From IMG/VR virus record IMGVR_UViG_3300027983_000017, positions 1 through 59,925 of that record: a stretch of 59,925 nucleotides of DNA. One strand, 5' to 3'. The notes beneath the pieces were generated by a model, which worked only from the letters and a program-made list of their open reading frames with translations, ran no database searches and was not told the origin of the DNA. This DNA comes from a virus. Taxonomy: Duplodnaviria > Caudoviricetes. The stretch's first letter is position 1. Each line of letters begins with the position of its first letter. The position numbers were made by a program, and so were the translations under genes. This document shows positions 28,185 through 39,300 of this stretch, in pieces.

Positions 28185-28929
28185 CGCAGATTCTTTTATG
28201 TATTATGCTGTCTATCAAGACCTCTCTTATGAGGGGATGCGACAATATCTTGATGACAATATTACTAGAGTAGTGAATGCTGCTAAAGTAGATAAATACC
28301 TAACAGTCCTTACAACGGATAGTTTTAGGTATAAACTAAGCAAAAGTCGTAAGTATAAGGGGAATAGAAAAAACGTGGTAAAAAAACCAGAGTTTTTTGC
28401 TCTTAGGGAGTATATGATTCAAAAGTATAAAGCAATATGTGTTAAAAACATGGAAGCTGATGACTTAGTGATACTACTCCAAGAAAACCTAACTCAGGAT
28501 TCAATCGTACTTTCTCCAGATAAAGATGTGTTAAGACAATCTAGACACGCTTTTGACTACAATGCGAAGTCTATGTCGGAGATAAAAAACTCAGAAAAAC
28601 AGATCATCTTTAATATATATCATCAAATCCTCACAGGAGATAGTACTGATAATATAGAAGGTGTTCAAGGAGTCGGAGAAAAAGGAGCAGATAAGTTACT
28701 AGAGAATGTTAAAGATATACCTTCAAAAGTGCTATCTGTTTTTACAAATAAGTATGGTATACAAGATGGTATGTTCCGTTTTGTAGAAGCTTATAGGTTA
28801 ATATATTTATTGAGAAATGAAGAAGATTTAAAAAGAGAAGTAGGAATAGAGATACCCTATAATAAGTATATAGAAAGTAATTTGAACATAATAGAAGAGC
28901 TAGAAGATCAAAATAAAGATCTCTGGTAA
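28168..28929 (+). CDS. 5'-3' exonuclease / flap endonuclease (T7 gp6 or T5 D15-like)
   Basis: IIDADS, YKGNR, EADD, SPDKD and GDSTDNIEGVQGVGEK.A motifs. Confidence 0.92.
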   Translation: MLGIIDADSFMYYAVYQDLSYEGMRQYLDDNITRVVNAAKVDKYLTVLTTDSFRYKLSKSRKYKGNRKNVVKKPEFFALREYMIQKYKAICVKNMEADDLVILLQENLTQDSIVLSPDKDVLRQSRHAFDYNAKSMSEIKNSEKQIIFNIYHQILTGDSTDNIEGVQGVGEKGADKLLENVKDIPSKVLSVFTNKYGIQDGMFRFVEAYRLIYLLRNEEDLKREVGIEIPYNKYIESNLNIIEELEDQNKDLW

Positions 28930-29426
28930 AAAATAAAAGCTATTTATACATACTTCCTATCTACGGGGAAGATTGGATCTCTTTTAAAGAGGTTCAACAA
29001 ACATATCTCTACAACAACATCTTAGAATTTTCGTTCATAATTGAGTGCAATAAGGATTCCATGAATTTGGATAATAGTGCTCATCTATTAAAAAAGTTTA
29101 TATATAAAGATAGACTTTTTTATCAAATGGTAGTACCACCTACTTATGTAGAAGACTACCATAAAGTGTGTAAATCTAGATACTCCACAATATCAGAAAA
29201 GTATAAGAACAAAATACTCTCTTTTCACGGATTAAAACCTACAAGCAAACAGTTTAAAATCCTATATAGAGATGAGTCTTACTACAAAGAGTTAGAAGAA
29301 AAGCTAGCTGTAGAAATATCTAGGCTCCAAGAGATTGGTAGTGTAGTTGACCACGAAGAAGAAACAATAGTGTTCGGCAAAGAAGATATAAAAGAAAGAG
29401 AAAAGTTCACAAAAGTACAATGGTGA
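28923..29426 (+). CDS. Hypothetical protein; probable CTG start upstream of the tracked ATG 29061
   Basis: The frame is open from CTG 28923 (in-frame stop at 28914) and overlaps the exonuclease stop. Confidence 0.55.
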   Translation: MVKNKSYLYILPIYGEDWISFKEVQQTYLYNNILEFSFIIECNKDSMNLDNSAHLLKKFIYKDRLFYQMVVPPTYVEDYHKVCKSRYSTISEKYKNKILSFHGLKPTSKQFKILYRDESYYKELEEKLAVEISRLQEIGSVVDHEEETIVFGKEDIKEREKFTKVQW

Positions 29427-29435
29427 TATTTAGGT

Positions 29436-29472
29436 AAAAAATAAGGGGAAGTGCTTGCTTCCCCTTTTATTT
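29436..29472. terminator. Bidirectional terminator where the two transcription arms converge
   Basis: aaggggaag/cttcccctt stem with an A-tract before and a T-tract after. Confidence 0.85.
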
Positions 29473-29496
29473 CTAATATGTTCAAAAGACTTTTTT

Positions 29497-32400
29497 TTAT
29501 TCCTCCATGCTGTAGTATAGACCCTTGAGTACAGGGGTTAATTTTATAATATCCTTTCCTGTCTTAGGGTCTAATGTAAGTACATGTGTAGCTAGCTTAG
29601 TAACGTCCTTTAAAAGTGAGGTTACAGGTACTGGTGACTGTAATAGTTGTGTAAACTCAGTAGGATTAAAAAAGAACCCTAACTCTAAAGAGGTTCTATT
29701 CATTATCTTAGCAAACTTTTTAAGTGCGTAGGAGTTTTCATCGTCATCGCCATCAGCCATACTAAATGCAGCTAATATAATAGGTAATATTGCAAAATAC
29801 ATAGCAAGTTCAGAAGCTGCTGCCCTAAATTGAGATTTTCTTAATTGGAAAAACTCTTCTTTAGTTATCTCGCTATTAGGGTTTTCTTCTTTATATTTTT
29901 CATAAAAGAAATTACCAGCTTTAGTATCCATACTATTAGACCCTTTATAAATCATTAGAAGCTCTCCATAGGCCCCTAAGAACTCTTTTATGGTAGGTAG
30001 TACTCCTGACTTCCAAAACTCTCCTACAACAAGCCTATAACGCCCAAATTGTACTTCTTCTAAAACTTCGTCATATCTAGTATCACCAAACCTCTCTTTC
30101 CACATAGCAGGTATCCACCCTCTAAACTGGCCTAAAAGCCTTCCTAAAATAGCTGTTTGTGCTAGGTTTATATCTTCCGCAGACATATTACCTTTATTTT
30201 GAGCTGCAACTCTACGAACTTTTAATCTAAATTTTCTACTTTCTTTTTTAGAGGCTACATTACCCTCAGAATCTACAATAGATATTTTATTATTTTCTAG
30301 TTTTACACTTTCCCATAAACTTTTAGTGTTGGGGGGAAGTAAAGACAGTCTTTTTATTTGTCCTTTTTCATCAAATCCGTATTTCCTCATCATGCCCCCT
30401 AAAGTAATAAGATCTATAAACTCATCTACTTTTCTATGGGCTGCGAAAAATTTATCAAAAGTAAACCACTTATTAAGTCTTTTCGAAGCCAAATCATTAG
30501 CTCTTTTATAACTATGATTTTCTTGAGATATGTCTAAAAGGTCCCACACTCCAACTAGTTTTTTTCTACCCCCACTAACTAGGTCTCCTAAGTCTTTCAT
30601 AGATGCTGCTATTCCCTTATTGTCATAGTGCAACCTCTTAGCTCCCCCAGATAAAGTATTGAAAAAAGAGCCTCCCATTGCCCCTGCAGCTGATATCACA
30701 TTAAAAGATAAAGATACTAATGAGTGGTAAGAAAGGGTTTTTACAATAATTTTATTACCGCTGTAAGTCCTACCACCAATAGGGACTTCTATATCTTTTT
30801 CTTTAGAGCTTAAGCTTCTTCCATACAAATAGTATTCTACAAATCTATCAAAAGCTTCTTTATTTTTATCACTCCCCTTCTGATGACTTTCTCTAGTTTT
30901 TCCCACATCTTCATAAACAGTATTACCTAAGTAGTCTGTAAGGATTTGGTCTTGAGAGGCTAAAGTCCATTTCATAAGAGATACCTCATCTTCTATTTTA
31001 GACATTGCTTCGTAATTGTAAGCCATTTGTGCAAAAAGAATCAAACTCCTCCCCAAATCAAAAGATTTCTGAGTGTTGTCTATATCCCCCTTACTATTAC
31101 GTACAGGGTTAAGATATAGTAAGGGTATTACATTTATAGGCTTACCTTCTGAGTCTATAGTACCCAAAAAGTCATCATCCTGTCTTATTTCTAAAGAGTT
31201 TTTAAAAGAGCTGGACACACCTGAAATCCCTGTGCTCAAGAGAGTGTCCATCATATCTTTATGAACATTAGCTACAAAGTTTTTAGCTATATGGACTTCA
31301 GGTAAGTTTAATATTTTATCAAACTCTATCATATAGTTCTCATGCATCTCAAAAAAATCTTTAAGAGGCTTATTCTGTTGTATATAAGACCACTCAGAAC
31401 TTGTGTGTTTGTCTGGGTTTTTTACAGAAATGTACCTATTTGTAGAACTTATCCAAGCATGGGGGCTTCCAAGTACGTTGTTTTTACTATCCCACCAAGA
31501 CATTCTTTTTTTTTGCACTTCTGGGTTATTATGCATTGATTTTATATGATCCTCATAGTCTTTTCTCCTAGATAGCATTTTATCTCTACTTTCTTTTGTC
31601 ATCTCGTAGTTTTCCTGCATCCACTCAATATCTTTATTCAGAATGGCCTTCTCTCTTTCTTGCCAAAATTCAGAGGTAAACCTAGTAACTAACATTCCAC
31701 TAGAGTTTATGATTTTGTTAAAAGCCTGTTGTAAGCTCATACCCTTAGACTTTGCCCATATACTAAGAGTGTGTTGTACTCTCTCTATATTTTCTTTAGC
31801 TTCTCTAGTCTTATCCCTTACATCATCTATTGCATCTTGTTTTCTTTTACTAAAAAGTTTGAATATAGGGTGGTCCCAATCACTAAGATAAGTAACCCAA
31901 AAAGATCCTGATTTTTCTTTTTGCAACTCTAGTATACCCTCTACACCATGGATATCTCCTTGTATTTTTATTCTCTCCTCAAGAACATTGTTAAACGACT
32001 CTCTTATATTAGCCATTTTAGAATTGAGTGACGCTACTTTTTCTTTTATAAGGTTGTAATCTTCTTGAGAAACTTTATTTTTTTCCTTGCTTATTTTTAC
32101 AAGTAAAGAGTCAGTATTTTCTTTAAATAATTCAAGAATTCCTATATTAGAAGAGATAGTATCATTTAAAATGTAACCTTCTTCTTCTGGATTAAATATA
32201 GCAAGATCTCCATCCATTTGATCTAACATTTCATCAATAAAATCCAAATAGCTAATAAGTTCTCCTTCTATCATTACAGCATGAAGAGCTTTTTCTATAG
32301 TGTCTAATTGTGCTAAATCTCTTTCAGTAAAATTTCTTGCTTTTAACTTGACTTCTATTTCCGCCCTTTTCTTTTTTAAAGACTCTATAGTTTTATGTAA

Positions 32401-33393
32401 GCCCCTGTCGTCTACAAACTCCTTAGAGACGCTTAGTACTTTTGCTGCTGGGTCTTCTTTACTTTCAGGTGTAATTATATGTCTTACAAAATCATTATTT
32501 ATATTCATATAACTGATATAAATAGGCACTATTCTAGCTCTTCTTATTTTCTTTATTCCGTATTTTGCCAAAGTTTTAGCATACTGACTTAACTGTGAAT
32601 CCCAAGACTCTCTCTTAGAAAGCTCTAAGAAAGGAGAGCTTATAATATTACCATCCTCATCTAGTTTCATATTCCTAAACTTCCAATCGTAAACGGCACC
32701 ACTTTTATCAGAGAATATCACTAATAAATCAATAGTACCTGCCATTTCATCATCTGCGTTATACACAGAAACCTCAGTAAGAAATATAGGCTCTTTGGTG
32801 GGGTCTATCTCACTTTGAATACTCCTAGAGTCTTCTATAACATAAGATACTTGGTCTGACAATTTTTGAAAATCTTCCTGAGAGATCCAATTAGGTTTTA
32901 CTGGTATCTCATTTTTTATAAGAGTGTTTAATAAATACTCTTTTAAATCGTGACCTCTAGTACCCCCTCTTTTTAACTGTTCATTATAAGCACTATTTTC
33001 ATTTAACTCTTGTTCAAGAAGTTGTATTTTTGATTTACCTTTTCTATAAAGGGCTTTTTGTAAGTTAGTCACCCTACCTACAAACTTGTTAAGTTTTTTA
33101 TGAAAGTAATTTTCAGCACCCTCCCCATCAATTCTAATCTCTAGGTCATCTGCAGTATTAACTATATTAGAAACAATAGTTAGGGTTTCTTCGTAAATCT
33201 CCCTACTTGTAGTGTATTTTTCAGTCTCTACACCAGGTTTAGGTGTAGGTCTTATTTTACCTTCGTAGTCTTCTAATGTAGGTATAGTATAGTTATTAGC
33301 AGCCCATGCCTCATAGACAGCTCCTTCTCCATACTTATCCTCAATACTCTTCCAGTTGAAAGAGTTTCTTTCTCCTCTAATCGGACAACTCAT
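29497..33393 (-). CDS. Large virion cargo/ejection protein with a PD-(D/E)XK nuclease-like domain
   Basis: GTRGH...E...AGTIDLL...VYDWKF...QLSQY motif set, coiled-coil middle and hydrophobic C-terminal helices; downstream of the virion RNAP gene. Confidence 0.75.
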   Translation of the reverse strand: MSCPIRGERNSFNWKSIEDKYGEGAVYEAWAANNYTIPTLEDYEGKIRPTPKPGVETEKYTTSREIYEETLTIVSNIVNTADDLEIRIDGEGAENYFHKKLNKFVGRVTNLQKALYRKGKSKIQLLEQELNENSAYNEQLKRGGTRGHDLKEYLLNTLIKNEIPVKPNWISQEDFQKLSDQVSYVIEDSRSIQSEIDPTKEPIFLTEVSVYNADDEMAGTIDLLVIFSDKSGAVYDWKFRNMKLDEDGNIISSPFLELSKRESWDSQLSQYAKTLAKYGIKKIRRARIVPIYISYMNINNDFVRHIITPESKEDPAAKVLSVSKEFVDDRGLHKTIESLKKKRAEIEVKLKARNFTERDLAQLDTIEKALHAVMIEGELISYLDFIDEMLDQMDGDLAIFNPEEEGYILNDTISSNIGILELFKENTDSLLVKISKEKNKVSQEDYNLIKEKVASLNSKMANIRESFNNVLEERIKIQGDIHGVEGILELQKEKSGSFWVTYLSDWDHPIFKLFSKRKQDAIDDVRDKTREAKENIERVQHTLSIWAKSKGMSLQQAFNKIINSSGMLVTRFTSEFWQEREKAILNKDIEWMQENYEMTKESRDKMLSRRKDYEDHIKSMHNNPEVQKKRMSWWDSKNNVLGSPHAWISSTNRYISVKNPDKHTSSEWSYIQQNKPLKDFFEMHENYMIEFDKILNLPEVHIAKNFVANVHKDMMDTLLSTGISGVSSSFKNSLEIRQDDDFLGTIDSEGKPINVIPLLYLNPVRNSKGDIDNTQKSFDLGRSLILFAQMAYNYEAMSKIEDEVSLMKWTLASQDQILTDYLGNTVYEDVGKTRESHQKGSDKNKEAFDRFVEYYLYGRSLSSKEKDIEVPIGGRTYSGNKIIVKTLSYHSLVSLSFNVISAAGAMGGSFFNTLSGGAKRLHYDNKGIAASMKDLGDLVSGGRKKLVGVWDLLDISQENHSYKRANDLASKRLNKWFTFDKFFAAHRKVDEFIDLITLGGMMRKYGFDEKGQIKRLSLLPPNTKSLWESVKLENNKISIVDSEGNVASKKESRKFRLKVRRVAAQNKGNMSAEDINLAQTAILGRLLGQFRGWIPAMWKERFGDTRYDEVLEEVQFGRYRLVVGEFWKSGVLPTIKEFLGAYGELLMIYKGSNSMDTKAGNFFYEKYKEENPNSEITKEEFFQLRKSQFRAAASELAMYFAILPIILAAFSMADGDDDENSYALKKFAKIMNRTSLELGFFFNPTEFTQLLQSPVPVTSLLKDVTKLATHVLTLDPKTGKDIIKLTPVLKGLYYSMEE

Positions 33394-33394
33394 A

Positions 33395-36300
33395 TTAACA
33401 TTCTTTTATCATACGTTCCACTTCTTTATCTATACTCAAACCATAACTAGTAAGGAAGTACCCATCCCCCTTAGATAATGTTTTTGGATCAAGTGACACT
33501 TTAAAACTTTTAAGCACATCAGATATTTCTTTCTTATGGTACTTAAGCTGTAATTTTTTGTCTGGTTCTAATATATAAATACTATCTAGCACTCTCCCAT
33601 CAGGTAGCATTCCAGGGTATGAAAATACAGCCACATTTCTAACAGAAGACTTGGTAGTAAGACTAATAGGCTCTTTATAAGCACTTATTTTTTTGGGGTT
33701 TTGACTAGGAAAAGCTTTATCTAAAAAGTTTTTTATAAGGTATTTTCTTTCAGTACGACCCATATTATTAAACTTAACAAGTGCTTCATTTAATATTCTC
33801 TGGTGGCTCTCGGGGGGTATTAAACTACTATAAGTAAAAGGGCTTGTAGTGTCCCCAGACTGATAATAAGACGCCTTTATTATATCTTTTGCTAAATCAG
33901 GGTTTAAAGACTCTATTTCAGAAAAAGCAGAAATAAGCATATTTTCTTCATATACAGTTCTTTTATTATTATACATAATAATATTATCTTGATCTCCTAT
34001 CCTGGTATCCCTGCTTTTAATTATAGGTACTAATTGTGTTATAGCATGATTACCGTAAAGCGGGTCTCTTTGATTTTTTTTAATATTACTTAATCTTACA
34101 GCCAAAGAGTTATCACCAAAAAATAACCTATGTAAATCCCTATTTATATTTATAGTCCCATTAGTAACAGAACCTATGGTATTTACAAGGTAGTTGGTAA
34201 ACTCAGATCTTAATAGTATTAAGAATTTGTCTCTATCTACAGCATGTTGTTCTGCCATTTTAATAAACTCTGAGTGTATGTCATAAGAATCTAAAGTAAA
34301 TAAGTCTACAAACAAAGACATTGCTCTTTCTATTACTTCTTTATAAGGCTTATAATAACCCCTCATAGACCTAGAATAACCCCTTATTTTTTTATCTCCA
34401 CTCAACCTAGCTATAGTATTCAATCTATTAGAAATAATAGTAGATATATTAGAGACACCATTTGTATCTAAACTAGAAGAGGTTACCACTTCTGACAGTC
34501 TACGAGAATCTTCTAAGTACACAATAAATTGGTCAAACGCTTTTATTTGATTTTCCTGAGATGGGTTTTTTATTTCAGATTCTAAATCTGCATTAGTTAA
34601 AGGTGTATTTAAGTATTCTTTTGTTTTTAATTCTTTATTAGAATACATATCAGGTAAGTTTACTGACACTAAGGCCTCTACTTTTTGCAATCCTGGTAAA
34701 TACTCTTTAGCTGCAAACTCCAAACCTTTTATTTTACCATTATAGTAACTTAAAAGCTTATAAGGATCACCCTTATATTTTTTTATTAGGTCTTTTTGTA
34801 TATCCCAGTCTTTTTTATCCGACTCTTTAAAAATAGAATTAGTATTTCTTATTTCTTGTACATAAGATTTTATAATAGGTTGATTCATAAAACTAATAGC
34901 CCATTCTACACTGACTCCAGATCTTATAAGATAAAACATGACATTAGAAACCTCTATATAACCATTCATATCAAATATATAAGGGTCTTTGGATACGTCT
35001 ACATAAGCAGTTAGGAACTCAGATAACACCTCACTTATAAGCCTCCCATCTTTATTTTTTCTTTGTGAAAAATCTACATAGCCGTCTTTATTATTATGCT
35101 CTGTAAATATATCAGCTTCTATTTTTATACCATAAAGTTGTGATATAGTATTATGTGTGATTTGAAGAGCAGTTACACCCACACCTTTCTTACCAGAAAG
35201 AAATGATTCAAAAGCTGTCATATTAGCTTTTAAAGTAAAAAGGTCCGTATAAGAATTTTCAACCCTTTTTCCTTTAGAAGACTCTTCTAACTTTCTTATT
35301 CTTTGGGTATTGTTGTATAAACTTCCTTTATCTAGTACGGGGTAGAGAAGTTGAGACGCATTATCGGGGTGTAGTAGTAACTTTTTTTCTATTTTTAGTT
35401 TTTTGTTAAACATCCCTTCAACACCTTGTGTGTCTTCTACTAGCTTTCCATCAACTACTTTAAAAGAGGGCATGTAGATATTAAGCTTATCAATGTCAAA
35501 GTCAGATCCTGCCTTAACAGTAATTGCGCTAGGTACTATTGTAATATCTCCACCCACTGGCGATAAGAACTTTTTTATAGTAAATACTTCAGCAGATGAT
35601 AAAGATTGTGTAGGTATACGGAAACCCACCCAAGTAAATAAGTCTTTATACTTAGGGTCGCTCAGATACTTTTCATTTATAATCTCTACACCTTTTGTTA
35701 TGTCACCTTTACCAAGTTTTTCTGCAATATTATAAAGGTTTTTAGGTAAAGCAGTTATAACCTCCATAGGAACAGTCTCAACTTCATTTATTTTATAAAA
35801 AGCCAGGAAAGAGTTAAATTTAGTATTACGTACTGTATCTTTAGTTTCAAAAAAAGAGCTTGATACCTGTACATGCCCCGACCCTGATCTTTTCTTGCTT
35901 ATAATCTTTTTATTGTAAAGGGCGGATACCATATCATATATCTTCTTTTTTGACTGTAAATGATCTAATTTACCAGGCCTAATAGAGTCTAGCTCTGAAA
36001 GTATATTATTATTAGCACCCCTTTTAGTTATATTCTCTATAAGGTAGTTTTTAAGAGCTGTAACGTCTTTTACGGACACTTCTCCATCTACTCCTATCTT
36101 GATACCCATTGAAGACTCCACACTCTCTAAAAGGGTGTTTGTTATATCTGTATTAAGTTTTATGTAATCTTCATGTAAAGCTTTTAATTCCTCATTTTGA
36201 AAAATTCCATCGTCTGAAATATTAGATAAGGCAATCTTATTTATTTGTGTACCCTCAGTAATATCTGTTTTTACTTTAGGTGCTATATCTAACTGAATGC

Positions 36301-39300
36301 CAAAATACTTATAATTTACAAGTTGTTCAGGAGCACCTTCAAAAGTAATAAAGCCATCCCCCTCTGTGTATAAAGAGTGTAGATTACCTCCTTCGTTAAT
36401 AAGGGCCCCAAATTTAGTAGCACTGCCTGTTTGTAAGATACCTATTTTTTTAGATGTCATATAACTAGATATTGTTTCTAATTTAGTATCCTTTATAACA
36501 CTAGGTACTAGTGGTAGTAAAGAGTGTTTAAAAGATACAGGATTATACCTACTTATATCATTAACATCAGGCCCCACATATTGTGTTTTTAAAGGGGGAA
36601 AATAAGATAATGACTCCAGAGAAATTCCCTGACCAGAAATTTCTTTTTGGTACAAAGCTTCTAATTTATCACTCCAAGACTTAGATCTTAAGTGGGTCTC
36701 TCTGTATTCATCTAATGTAATCCATCCCTGTGCATTAGCTTCATTAGCTTTTTGATATTCTTCTTTAATAGCAGATACTTGAGCAGAAGTGTGGGTCTTA
36801 CTAAAAAGTTTTACTATATCCTCAAGATCTTCTTCAGCGAGAGATGTTATAATATCTTTTATAGTTATAGTTTTTATTATATCTCTATCAGTATCTTTTT
36901 TATCAAGCCTTTTATAATTTTTGTTTAAGTGGTGTTCAAATTCTACATCACCTACCCTACTAATCTTTTTTGTAGCATTGTACAAAGACATCCTTTTAAA
37001 GAAATCTGTTGTATTTTTGTAGTAAGCAGGGTGACCTGTAAAAACTTTAGTAGTTTCTATATTAAACCCTATGTAATTATGAATAAACTTGTCCAGTTCT
37101 TCATCTTTGTAACTTTTAATATCCTCACCCAGAATTTGTTTTAAATAATTTTTTTGCGAGTCGAAAAATACTTTTAAAGCACCATCTATAAGTTCTTTCT
37201 TACTTTCTATGACTCTCTCTGCTATATTAAAGTCTTCATGCTCTATTATATCTTGTATTTGTAGCTTATTACCTAAATCATTTATTTTAAGAATATCTTG
37301 AAAGAACCCCATGTTAATCATGTTACTTTCTACGTATTGTGTATTAGACCCCTTTCTATCCCTAACAAAGTTTATTTCGTCCACAAGATAACCCCTAAAA
37401 GCTTTATAAGCCTCCTCAGTAGTGTTATAAAGCAACTCCCCATTGTTTATAAGGAAACCACTCTCAACCTTTCTGTCAGAAGCTCTGTTGAAGCTGTATA
37501 TCCCCTTTAAAGTATCTATTACCATCTTTTTAGCCCTATCTTTAGGTGACATTTTAGAAAGTTCTACAGAAACTAAAGGAGATTTAGAGTTTTTTACACC
37601 CTCATGAAAAAAGTGGGTTATTTTTTTACCTTCTAAAAGCCTCTTTTTTATTACAGAGTTTTTAGAGTACACATCATTAAATTGAGGAAAGGTATCTAGA
37701 TTAGAGCTATTCCAACTATTAGTCAGTAGAGAAAAATAAGTATTAAGCCCTATGTCATAGACGCTTGTCCCATCTACATTAAAATGTTGTAGCTCTACAG
37801 CCTCTTTTGACTTTTCTACCACCTTGGATACAAGATAATCTATCTGTCCACCTACAGAGCCCTTAGACCTGCTAAAAAGGCTGCCCATATCTGCTTTATC
37901 CGAATATTCTAGTATATTACTTACTATTTCCCTGATATTAGTATCGGGCTTACCCGCCATACTATAAACCTCTTTATCTGAATACATAGATGGGGTTTTA
38001 GTATAAATACCAAATTGATTTAATATTCTATCAAACACGTGCCAAGACTCTACATGTGGGTTATTAAGACTTTTAGCTAGATTTTCTATTTCAGCCCATG
38101 CAGAATTAGGTAGAGTCCTATTTTTAGTTTCGGGGTCAACAGTACCAGAAATAATATTCATGAGACTACTTTCCCACTCTTTTCTTATTTTAGCACTAAG
38201 TTTGTTCCTATTGGCATCTATTACTCGGTACTCCCCATCTTCTACTAATCCTAATAGAAAAGATGTTTTTGTCTGAGAAAAGTGTTGTAAAGTTTCAGTA
38301 ATTGCATTTTGACCTAATTTTTCTATTTTTTCTACAAATTCTGATAACTCAGGTCTAGAGTCAGAAAAAGTCAATAGCTTACTTTTAAGCTCAGCCCAAG
38401 AATAGCTACTATGAGCCAAATTCATCATATAGTCATGAGTAGAGCCTGGGTTTACAGACTGTTCCAAACCATAGTTAGGGCTACTACCAGTTTCTCTTAA
38501 AGAAGCTATTACCATTTTTACAAGATGGGGCATGTGATCTTTAGTAGAAAAAGTGTAAGCCTCTTTTAAAAATGCATAATCATTAGTACTTCTTTCTACT
38601 TCACTTATAGATTCTTCATCCATAGCAGCTTCCACCCCATAGTTGTACTTCATGTACTGGGTGTGAGCCTCCACTACTTTATCCCAATTATTAAAAATAG
38701 TATAATAATTTTTAACTTCGTCAATTCCCTCTGGGTTCTCTTCTTCTGAGTATTTTTCTTCTAAAGCAATACCCATATCGTTTTCCATATGATACCTTAC
38801 AGCATCATACACATCTTTAGGATCAGTATTCTCATCAAAGAAAAAGCCCTCTTTAAATTGAAGCATGTTATTAAGAAAATAAGAAGTGATACCCCTCATA
38901 ATCTCATTCTCGTGCTCTGTAGAGAGTTTTATTGTTTCCCCACCTTCTTCAAACTGTAACCCGTAGACCTTAGACTGTTTTTGTTTGTGTCTATCCTCTA
39001 TATCAGCTGTTGTTTCTGGAGAGTTTAATGAATTATTTTTGAAAGTATTTGTTGTAAAATTAACCCAATCTACTAAATCTTTATTTCTTCCATATTTTAA
39101 CTTTTCTGTAAATGCTGATAACCAATGAGATATTTTTATTTCTGTCCCGTCAGATAATTTTGTTTTTATAGGTTGATATTTAACTTCTTCTTTATTATAA
39201 AATAAATCAACACTAGCAGCATTTAAATCTTTTGGTACATTTTGTAACCCTTCATTATAAACTTCTCTATTTTCTGTAACTTTATTGGATCTAACACTAA

